From IMG/VR virus record IMGVR_UViG_3300008108_000337, positions 4,139-68,138 of that record: a DNA stretch of 64,000 nt, one strand, 5' to 3'. The notes beneath the pieces are model-generated. The model saw only the letters and a program-made list of their open reading frames with translations, searched no databases and was not told the DNA's origin. Numbering within the stretch: position 1 is the stretch's first letter; each line of letters starts with the position of its first letter. This document shows, piece by piece, positions 46,401 through 55,087 of this stretch. Made by a program: the position numbers and the translations under genes. Source of the DNA: a virus.

Positions 46401-47895
46401 TAGATAATGAATCATCATTATCAATTAATGTTAGCGTACCGAAATTTAAGGAACCTGATGGTTGTACTGATAATTGGGCCGTACGATTTGATATTGTAAG
46501 TTCTGAACCAGAAGTGGATAATGTGTGATTTTTTGTATTAGCAAAAATACTACCAGTCACGGTTAAATTACCAACAATTCTTTCAGTACCAATAAAGATA
46601 TTTGAACCAGTAGTAGCGAAAGTTTGGTTTAAATCTTCTTGTGAAGATGTAAATAATTCCAGATTATCTAATCTTCCATCTTGTGAAGGCAATGTACCAA
46701 CAAATGAACCACTAAATACTGAAGCAGTTACACTACCAAATACATTAACATCACCACTAAAGTAAGTAGTACTTGAACTTACTATTAATTGGTCTGAATC
46801 TGCAGTTATTAAACGATTAGTTCCTCTTATTTGTAAATTATCTGCAATTACATCACCATTAACATCTATACTACCGGTTTGGAAAGTAGAACCACTCACA
46901 AGTGTAGAACCTGATAATACTGTCAGACCTATATTTGTAAAAGTGGATGAACCACTCACTGTTAGGGAACCACTTAGAAATACATTTCCAACTTGATGAG
47001 TAGAACCACTCATAAAAATGGAACCAGTTATAGTTTGGTCACCAATAAATGTGTTTGAACCAAGAGTTGCAAATTTATCATCTAAAGATGATGAAAAAGT
47101 ATCAAAATCGGTTGTAGATGATGATAATAAACCATCAGGAAGAGTTATTTTATCTAAAATTAGTAAACTACTATCGCCTTCAAGTGTCACACTACCATTA
47201 ATATCAACTGGCCCTACCAACATTGCGTTATGTCCATCAGGAACCGTGAATCCATTTAAAGTTTTTGGATTGATATATACTTGTGATTTAAGGGTTTCGG
47301 TTACGGTTATGGAACCAGTTATAGTTTGTGACCCACTAAATACATTTGAACCGGTAGTTGCAAAAGTTTGGTTTAAATCTTCTTGTGAAGAAGTAAATAA
47401 TTGTAAATTATCTAAACGAGAATCAACTGATTGCGAAAAAGTTGTAAAATTTTCATTTGAAGATGATAAAATACCACTTCCTGGTAAGGAAATACTATCT
47501 ATTGATGCAGAAACTACATGAAGTTCGTTAAATCGTTTAGTAATAGAACCTAAATCATCTTGTGCATCTTCTTGTGGTATAAGTGAACCAGTAAATGGTG
47601 CATTTACGGTAATAATATCGTTCGAACCAGTACCTAAAATAATATTTCCACCAATTTGAACATTACCATCTATTTTGGCGTTACCAGTAATATCAAGGGT
47701 TGACCCTGAAATACCGCCATTGATACTTAAATTTCCAGTTAATGTGATATTACCAGTATTTGAACCTAATTTTACAAGAGTTATTGTACTCGCACCAGTA
47801 CCGAGTTGCAAAGTATTTAAACTTGTATTAAAATATGGTTCGGATATGGTTGTACTTGGAGTTGTTCCTCTTCTTAATTGTAGTATTGCAGCCAT
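43471..47895 (-). CDS. very long fibre protein (1474 aa) with coiled-coil repeats
   Basis: MAAILQLRRG N-terminus; FATTGSN.F.G.Q.I.GS and RLDNLE.FTSS repeats; beta-rich C-terminal domains. Confidence 0.78.
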   Translation of the reverse strand: MAAILQLRRGTTPSTTISEPYFNTSLNTLQLGTGASTITLVKLGSNTGNITLTGNLSINGGISGSTLDITGNAKIDGNVQIGGNIILGTGSNDIITVNAPFTGSLIPQEDAQDDLGSITKRFNELHVVSASIDSISLPGSGILSSSNENFTTFSQSVDSRLDNLQLFTSSQEDLNQTFATTGSNVFSGSQTITGSITVTETLKSQVYINPKTLNGFTVPDGHNAMLVGPVDINGSVTLEGDSSLLILDKITLPDGLLSSSTTDFDTFSSSLDDKFATLGSNTFIGDQTITGSIFMSGSTHQVGNVFLSGSLTVSGSSTFTNIGLTVLSGSTLVSGSTFQTGSIDVNGDVIADNLQIRGTNRLITADSDQLIVSSSTTYFSGDVNVFGSVTASVFSGSFVGTLPSQDGRLDNLELFTSSQEDLNQTFATTGSNIFIGTERIVGNLTVTGSIFANTKNHTLSTSGSELTISNRTAQLSVQPSGSLNFGTLTLIDNDDSLSTALLFASTIRIGQSSITDNIFIGNNNSNTTITGNVNFDNDITASQSITASYFVGDGSGLINVTAGDVEFENILNKPTLVSGSAQIDVNNTQNFTTFSSSVDGRLDTLENSFSTSVDSRLDSIEAYTSSLKTAIDVTGQNLTIYGDLTVQGNTTTLNTTELIIEDKVLSLASGSTTSAQADGAGLYISGANASILWNDSQTLLEINQKVSSSVGFKGDGSELTGVTAADVEFENILNKPTLVSGSSQVTSSLDFRYLEINGDNVFSGSSQIDITQTTGYTTFSGSFGNRLTSLELDSASQDIRISNLETVSGSQDVRLSNLESFTSSQDAKNSALGTYTSSIDDKFDVLQTYTQSINDDLSSLHSYTQSNDAKFSALGTYTASVDTKFSNLESYTASVDDKFDVLQTYTQSIDADLNSLHLYTQSNDTNISNLYNSASQYQSFSQSIDSTIKNKLNVEGVVSSSTDTSTIDFSITNGVISGNVIGGVISGSSQVTQSLDSRYEVSGSVADLVGIYQVSGSLGSAAWYNVTTSLDVNLDTASLNDNILLSAGATKRFIVHVLDNVINPADITSVTAGDGLDGGGNSGDVTLTLDTASGHFTDGVDSAITPFSSSVSASLAGLASASGYINYVTNSIEQLTGIEVADFDNNVAVTFIGGTLKFIFGTPAVPSSIAASLSGFLTDRFNRINDEYTLNGTWNNGGYTLISASLYEGSTLLNQVGSGTSISFTTTTSGSHTYRLELTGSSPLDGSIFTSSATTTGTISKSNPASPTLTPSVTVQLGASSNQIEQGATGSISFTSSSADPSNGWDLVEVTTNVSTPYLITGSATGSSSISIIASASYESPIGDNNPDLTIIRTTTQTYNKIRSLRYGASDAASFTAGELENLALWDTTLGGTIGTIAKGTTTASGQSVTISWTGDKYHYIVFNSSLSNLSNITTSGFGVLGQFSVTTVGQYKVYKTNTLQAGGAGSSITYTLT

Positions 47896-48001
47896 CTATT
47901 TAGATTTCCATTTAATTTATCTATAAATATATGTTTATTTAATAATTTCTTTTGAAATGTGTATAACTTCTCTTATATAAGTATAAGAAAATAAAAAGTA
48001 T

Positions 48002-48035
48002 AAAAAAATCCCCAACCAAGAGGAAGGGGATTTTT
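48002..48035 (-). terminator. rho-independent terminator
   Basis: AAAAATCCCC...GGGGATTTTT inverted repeat with a U-run. Confidence 0.7.
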
Positions 48036-48054
48036 AAATTTAAATATATTCTAA

Positions 48055-50229
48055 TTAGAATGTACCACCATCGATAGTGTTTGATGCCACGAATGAAGAA
48101 CCATTCCATTGAATTAAATCACCTGTGTTTGAAGGTGCAACTGAAGTAAGTTCTTTAGTGCCATTTGCTACTAGGAATGAATTAGCAGTTAATCCATTAA
48201 TAATCAAATCAGTAGTTATTGTAACAACAACACCATCATCGGTAATATCAGAATCGACCAATAATCCATTTGCTCCGATTACTTGAACTGAAGCTGAAGT
48301 TGGAGTTGCGTTAAATCTTGCAAATTGTTTTTCTGAACCTAATGCTCCACCTTTCCAATAATCATTACTAGAATCCCACAATAATGAACCTGAAACTGTG
48401 TTAGGAATAGTTACATCTTTAACCAATAAACCACCATTTGCAGCACCTGAACCATTCAATTCAAGGATATTATCACCTAATTGGATTGTAGTTGAATCTA
48501 CCGTTGTAGTAGAACCTTGCACATACAAGTTACCAACAACTGTCAAGTTATTTCCAACAGATAAGTTATTTTGAATAGATGCAGTTGCTATTGTAACTGA
48601 ATCAGGTAATCCGATTGTTACTGTACCACCAGCACCTAAAGTTACTGAACCACTTGAGATTTGAATCTCGTTTGCAGTACCTTGAATAGTTAAGTTAGTG
48701 TTACCTTCTACTGCAGTTCCTGAAGTGGAACCATAATCAACTTCAAGTGAGTTATCAACACCATCCAAAGATAAACCAGTACCTGCAACATCGGCATTAA
48801 GGTTTGCAGCTCTTACACCATTAGCCTTGATAGAAACATTACCAGTTGAAACTGAAAAATCATCAGAATCGAATGATGCAACACCTTTTTGTGTTGTAGA
48901 TGAATTTACGGCAGAAAGGGTAAGTGTATTATTAGTTACAATAGCAGTTACAATACCACTACCAGTAATTGTTAATACATCAGTTAGTAAATCTACTGAA
49001 TCATTTGAACCATTAGAACCACTTATTTTAAGAGCAGTTACTAAACCTGTCAATTGAGAACCATTACCTACAAATGAACCAGTAATTGTAGAAGTTCCAT
49101 CTGCATTACCAATTGAATCGGCAGAAAGTCTACCAGTACCAAAATCAGTAGCTTGATTAAGTAATAAAGTTACAACTTGTGATGAACCCGATACAATTCC
49201 AGTTCCACCCAATACTTGAATTGAACCAGAGACAGTTCCTGCTGGTAATAAATTCTTTACTTGTGTAGAACCACTAACAATTCCCACCGGAATATTTGAT
49301 AATCCTACAAAAGATACTTGAGATGAACCCGATACTGAACCCGCAGGTAATAAATCTTTTACTTGAGCAGAAGATGAAACAACACCATCTAAATTAAATA
49401 ACGCATCAATTTGCGCAGATGATGAAACAATTCCAGTTCCACCCAATACTTGAATTGAACCAGAGACAGTTCCTGCTGGTAATAAATCTTTTACTTGAGC
49501 AGAAGATGAAACAACACCTTCAATATTAAATAGAGCATCAATTTGGGCTGATGATGAAACAATTCCTGCAGGGATGTTAGATAACCCAACATAAGATACT
49601 TGTGATGAACCAGAGACAGTTCCTGCTGGTAATAAATCTTTTACTTGAGCAGAAGATGAAACAACACCATCTAAATTAAATAACGCATCAATTTGGGCTG
49701 ATGAAGAAACAATTCCTGCAGGGATGTTAGATAACCCAACATAAGATACTTGTGATGAACCAGAGATTACACCATCTGCATTTAACTTATCTTTTACATT
49801 TGTATCAAAATTGGTAATCGAATCGGCATTAACTTGTGATGAACCTGAAACGGTTCCAGCCGGTAATAAAGCAGTTACTTGAGAAGAACCTGAAACAATT
49901 CCAGTTCCATTAGTTTGTGCTGTAGCTTTTACTTCTACATTACCACCTTTATTTAAAATATATAATTTTTGTGCAGAAGTATCGTAAAATGGAATACCAT
50001 CTACTGAAGTATCGTAAGAAGCACCAGTTAAATTTGGTACAGTAGTTCCTTGAAGAACTTTGTTAGCAGGAGTAGCAGTTGAACCATCGATACCAACGAA
50101 TAGAATTGAATTTCCATTTGCGGCAGTGATTCCTGATGAACCAGTAACAACTAACAATTCTCCAGCACGTTTGGTTGCTGCACCGATAGATTCTAACGAA
50201 CCTCTTCTGTGTTTAATAATTTGTGCCAT
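48055..50229 (-). CDS. fibre protein with 50-aa tandem repeats
   Basis: MAQIIKHRRG N-terminus; repeated VSYVGLSNIPAGIVSSSAQIDALFNLDGVVSSSAQVKDLLPAGTVSGSSQ; ends IDGGTF. Confidence 0.8.
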   Translation of the reverse strand: MAQIIKHRRGSLESIGAATKRAGELLVVTGSSGITAANGNSILFVGIDGSTATPANKVLQGTTVPNLTGASYDTSVDGIPFYDTSAQKLYILNKGGNVEVKATAQTNGTGIVSGSSQVTALLPAGTVSGSSQVNADSITNFDTNVKDKLNADGVISGSSQVSYVGLSNIPAGIVSSSAQIDALFNLDGVVSSSAQVKDLLPAGTVSGSSQVSYVGLSNIPAGIVSSSAQIDALFNIEGVVSSSAQVKDLLPAGTVSGSIQVLGGTGIVSSSAQIDALFNLDGVVSSSAQVKDLLPAGSVSGSSQVSFVGLSNIPVGIVSGSTQVKNLLPAGTVSGSIQVLGGTGIVSGSSQVVTLLLNQATDFGTGRLSADSIGNADGTSTITGSFVGNGSQLTGLVTALKISGSNGSNDSVDLLTDVLTITGSGIVTAIVTNNTLTLSAVNSSTTQKGVASFDSDDFSVSTGNVSIKANGVRAANLNADVAGTGLSLDGVDNSLEVDYGSTSGTAVEGNTNLTIQGTANEIQISSGSVTLGAGGTVTIGLPDSVTIATASIQNNLSVGNNLTVVGNLYVQGSTTTVDSTTIQLGDNILELNGSGAANGGLLVKDVTIPNTVSGSLLWDSSNDYWKGGALGSEKQFARFNATPTSASVQVIGANGLLVDSDITDDGVVVTITTDLIINGLTANSFLVANGTKELTSVAPSNTGDLIQWNGSSFVASNTIDGGTF
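49456..49765. repeat. near-perfect 150-bp coding tandem repeat
   Basis: ataagatacttgtgatgaaccagaga recurs at 49591 and 49741 (period 150); further partial copies at about 49190-49455. Boundaries approximate. Confidence 0.85.
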
Positions 50230-50354
50230 AGTTTGTTTTTTGTTTTTTTAGTTTGTTACAACGAAAACCTTTATTAGTTAAACAGGACATTTGCCTAATT
50301 TATAAGTACTATATAGTACCTAAATTTTCTATATAAATATTATCTTTAAAATGA

Positions 50355-51026
50355 TTAAATTAAACCCGAATCTATAATATAAGAACCTGATGAAATTACA
50401 AATTCAACTCCTCGTTGAAAATGATTAGAGCCAGTATCTAATGTTAAAGTTGTTACTCCTGATAATACTGATTTTGATAATCCATTTCCACCATCTACCG
50501 AAGAATCACCAATTGCAAATGTATAAGAATTCCAAACAATAGTATCGGTAAATGTTGTAATCATATCAGCGTATGTAATATCCGCTTGGTATAATGTATT
50601 ATTACTTACAACATAAACAATTTGTCCATCGGAGAAATTTGAAACCGATGATGATAATAATGTGTTATATGTTGAATATGTTCTAAATAAACCACCTTCT
50701 TCATACCCACTCTTAATACTAATTGATGCAGTATTCGAATTTATTGCAGAAATACTAATACCCGAACCACTAAAATCAAATTGAGTGGCAACGAAATCTA
50801 TGTTGCCACTCACTATATTGATACCAGTACCCTCTGCGGTAACACCAGTCAAACGAGAACCATCACCCTCAATAAATGCACCTTTTACTACTCCCGATGC
50901 GGTGATATCTCCATCTACAAATATAGAACCTGAAGTTACAAGTGAACCTGAAACTAAAAATTCACCTTCAATAACTGAAGCGGTTACTACACCTTGTATT
51001 TGTTTACTTTGAATTAATGTTGCCAT
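50355..51026 (-). CDS. short fibre/adaptor protein
   Basis: MATLIQSKQI N-terminus; GDGSRLTGV motif; TLTLDTGS.HF module shared with 43471..47895; ends IDSGLI. Confidence 0.72.
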   Translation of the reverse strand: MATLIQSKQIQGVVTASVIEGEFLVSGSLVTSGSIFVDGDITASGVVKGAFIEGDGSRLTGVTAEGTGINIVSGNIDFVATQFDFSGSGISISAINSNTASISIKSGYEEGGLFRTYSTYNTLLSSSVSNFSDGQIVYVVSNNTLYQADITYADMITTFTDTIVWNSYTFAIGDSSVDGGNGLSKSVLSGVTTLTLDTGSNHFQRGVEFVISSGSYIIDSGLI

Positions 51027-51072
51027 CTATTGTATTTCTATTTACTTTTATATAAATTATTTATTATATTTT

Positions 51073-54000
51073 TTATACTAGTCTAATTTTAACTGAACCA
51101 GATGTGTGATATAAACCTCCCAATGGAACTCCACCTGCTTGTGCAGCCGTATCATCAGCGTAATTGTAAGAAGCAGATACTTTAGATAATATTACATATC
51201 CATTACCACTCACATCAAGTGAACCGGTTATTTGTACTTTATTTCCTTGTGCAACTAATAAGTTACTTCTAGTATCAGGTTCATCACCAAAACTAGTTGT
51301 GCCATTACCAACTACAAACGCACCTTCTCCTGTATCATCTAATCTACTCGCGATACCAACGATGGTTTGTGCATAATTACTTGAACTATGGTGCATTCCA
51401 AAGGTTGCGTTTGCGTATGCAGTACTATTATCATTATACAAATCTCGTCCAACAGCAATTGAATAATCCGATGTTACATTCACATCAGTACCTGCAGCTA
51501 TACTATTACCGTAAATACCACCTAGAGTATTCACACCTGCACCAACTGAGATACTACCAGAACTTATGATACCTGCTCTAGTTGTCAGTATACCATATTG
51601 TTTGTACTATACCTTGTCTACTTGCAGGTTGGCCATATTCTTCATATCCAAGACTACTATTTGAAGTATCTATCTGAACACTTGTAACAACGCCACCTGA
51701 TATAAAACCTCTCAATCTTGCACCTCTACCTGCACCACTGGTTGTGGTAGTATTATCACTAAATGAACCATTGATTGTAGAACCAGATATATTTGAAGTG
51801 ATTGCTCCAGTCAAGTCACCTGTACCTATTTTGGATACGGTAAATGTCATATTACCATCTGATTGTTCTACTATGTTAAATAATCCTGCACCATTTCCTC
51901 TTATAGACCTCATGGTAGACGGGTTGGCTACAAAATTTACTAATGAACCTGAACCAGGTACTGTTATTGAACCAGTTACGGTAAGTGAACCACTTAATAC
52001 AGAATCACCTACTACTCTTAAATCTACTGAGTTAGAAGAAGAAAGTGTTAATGAACCAGTTACTATTTGGTTTCCAACAAATGTATTTGAACCGGTGGTT
52101 GCAAATCCAGTTCCAGTTACTATACTACCTATTCGTGTATCTACTGATTGTGAATAATCAGTAAAGTTTGTTACTGAAGAAGAAAGAATATCGCTCGGTA
52201 AACTTGAACCAACTCCTGTCAATCCACTACCATCTCCAACAAATGAACCAGTAAATGAACCAGAAATAGTTCCTTCACCACTTACATTTAGATAACGAGA
52301 ATCAAGAGATGTTGTTAATTGAGATGAACCAGAAATTACTCCACTTGGTAAAACAAGATTAGTTAATCCACTACCATCACCCATGAATGAACCACTAATT
52401 GTTGATGCAGTTATATCTCCACTAAAGTATGTATTAGATGAGCTAATCAATAGTTGATTGGTATCTGCAGTGATTGAGTAATCAGTTGTTGTTGTTACAT
52501 TACCGAATCCAGTTAGTTTTAAACTTGCCAATCCTTCTCTTGCAGTTTGAGGGGAACTAGCACTAGTAAATGTACCACCTACTAAAACATTATCATTTGG
52601 TAAAAGTGTTACCGAATTTACACTACCGGTATTTAAATTATATGTAGATGCACTACCAGAAGCAGCCCATCCACTTATGAGATTACCAGTATTTTGACTT
52701 ATTATTGCAAATCTGTTAGCGGATGTAGTAGAGTAGCCAGGAATACCAAAGGTGATAAAGTTACCACCTAATAGGATTTTATCACTATCGTAGAAATCAA
52801 AATCATTTACATACACAGATACACCCGGTAGATTTTGATCTGAACCACTTATATATGTTCTAAATCCACTATCAAATGCACCAACACCATCTCCTTCATC
52901 CGCGGTTGTTAATCTTGCAAATCCAGCATTCCTAACATTTGGTCCTGTTCTAGTATCTTTAAATCTACCAGCAATATAGATATAACCATTATCACCTGGG
53001 GAGTAAGCATCGGTTACTTTAATTTTTTTGATTTTATCTAAACTATCACCGGTAGTTATATCTAAATTAGTACCAGCAAATCCTGAATCTAAAGCACCAT
53101 TAGGGTTAAGTTTTACAAGAAAATCGTAATCAGCTAATGAACCCCATTGTGTAAATGAACCACCAATTAAAATTGCTTGCTCGGAACCACTATTCAATAA
53201 TGCAACTGAATGAAAATTATCAGTATTAAAAAAAGAAGGGTTATTGCTTCCAGTACTTACATTAAAAGAAGTATCAAGAGTACCATCAGTATTTATTCGT
53301 CTACTTCCTGATGTAAAATAACCTACACAAACTATTTTATCATCATTTTGAATTACAATATCCCTTACTTCCCCAAATGAACCCCAAGACTGAGCTGCAA
53401 ATGTAGTATCTAATGTACCATTAGCATTTAATCTTGCAATTCCTTCTCGTGTACTACCACTAACCTCTATAAAATTACCGCCTACTACAATTTTATTATC
53501 AGATTGAGTAACAAATGTATTTATATAACCATAATAATCTCCACCACCAAATACATCTCCAAAGATTGGAGAAGTAAATGATGTATCTATTGTACCATTT
53601 GAGTTTAATCTAGCTATATCATTTGTGGTATGTCCATCAATGCTTTGAAATCTACCAGCAATTAATATCTTACCATCACCCAACACCAATGTTTTCTTAA
53701 TAAAATTATCTCCACCATATTCACCTGAACCTGATAAATTTAAATTGAATGTAGAATTCAACGCAGGTATAGTTGATGTTGATGATGCTGCTAATTCATA
53801 TCCATCGGAATTAATACTTCCACTTATATCAACTGAACCTGATAGTATAGTTGGACCAATGTTTCTAAAAGTAGATGAACCACTAATGGTTAACGAACCA
53901 CTAATAACTTGGTTTCCAACAAATGTATTTGAACCAGTTGTTGCAAAGGTTACATTTAGGTCTTCTTGTGAAGAAGTAAATGAATTTAAAGAACTAACTT

Positions 54001-54367
54001 GTCCTTCTAAAGAAGCAGTTGCTAATTCTAAACTAACCAGTATTGCATCAGCAGATTGTGTAAATAATTTAATAGCGTTTACTTCAGTTTGTAAAGAAGA
54101 TGAAGTTAATTCTAAATTATCTAATCTACCATCGGCAGATTGAGTAAATGCATTTAGAGCAGTGATATCACTTCCACCACCACCTCCTCCAAATGAAGAA
54201 GTAGGGGCTAATGTAGATACATTACCACTACCACCTACCCATACATAACCTTGTTGTAGGGATGCTGTTAATGTTCCGTCAATTGTTAAATTTGTTATAT
54301 TTAACCCTTCGATTGCTACCGAACCTGATTGGTAAGGAGTAATTCTGTCTACTCTAATTGTGCTCAT
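51073..54367 (-). pseudogene. fibre protein with delta-60 (DUF5122-like) beta-propeller, split by a frame break at 51581-51606
   Basis: Repeats of QSDNKIVVGGNF...IARLNANGTLDTTF. The +1 frame opens at 51606 (YKQYGILTTRAGIISSGSISVGAG) and runs into 51073..51534 (AFVVGNGT...RSNLL...GGVPLGGLYH). Confidence 0.78.
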
Positions 54368-54398
54368 AATTTTTTTTCCTATGTTTTTTATTTTTTTG

Positions 54399-54764
54399 TT
54401 ATCTACTTACTATTTTTCCTTTTATAAAGAAATCTGATGCCGTTATCAAATCCGGTCTCAATGTTATTGGTTGGTTGAATGTTATTACTATATTGGAACC
54501 ATTATCTATAACACTATATTGGTCTGATGTTCTTTTTAATCCTTGTAAAAATACATCAACATAATCTGATAAACTATCAACTTTAATTTCTTCGAATACA
54601 AATTTTTTATCCAAAAAAGTTAATGTAAATATATCACCATTCAAAGAAATTGAATCAGGAGTATGTTGATAAATCCATGAATCATTAATAACTTCTAACA
54701 CTAAATTTTTTGCTCTCAATTTATCATTAAAAGGAACTATCACATTTGGTTTTCGTTTTATCAT
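54399..54764 (-). CDS. neck-associated adaptor-like protein
   Basis: VDVFLQG...FFIKGKI pattern resembles the C-terminal domain of 55084..56223. Confidence 0.65.
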   Translation of the reverse strand: MIKRKPNVIVPFNDKLRAKNLVLEVINDSWIYQHTPDSISLNGDIFTLTFLDKKFVFEEIKVDSLSDYVDVFLQGLKRTSDQYSVIDNGSNIVITFNQPITLRPDLITASDFFIKGKIVSR

Positions 54765-55087
54765 ATAGTATCAACGTCTCCCTCTAATTTTATATCATCA
54801 GTATCTTCCAATTGATATTCAAAATTTTCTTTTATGAAAAATACATGAAAATCATTATTAACTTGCTCAAATATATAATCTCTTTCTAATATAAATTGAC
54901 CATTAATAAATATATCAAAACGAGAGTGTTCTTTCCTAAATGGTCTTAAATTTATATTTAAATCTTTCATTTTTACATTTGGAAGTTTCCAAATCCAATA
55001 TGAAGGATGTGAAAGGTTATGTGGAATCAGAGTATATTCATCTGGTTCGTGAACTTGTTTTAATATTTTATTTAATTCATTTATCAT
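54761..55087 (-). CDS. neck-associated adaptor-like protein
   Basis: RFDIFINGQFI...YQLEDTDDIKLEG is paralogous to the C-terminal domain of the tail terminator. Confidence 0.68.
   Translation of the reverse strand: MINELNKILKQVHEPDEYTLIPHNLSHPSYWIWKLPNVKMKDLNINLRPFRKEHSRFDIFINGQFILERDYIFEQVNNDFHVFFIKENFEYQLEDTDDIKLEGDVDTI

Noticed and set aside
12848-51580. TAG recoding (code 15/16), since two split fibre ORFs end in TAG
   Set aside because: In both cases the sensible continuation is in a different frame. Reading through TAG gives nonsense and further stops. Long core genes are intact under code 11, and 1386..1817 ends naturally at TAG.
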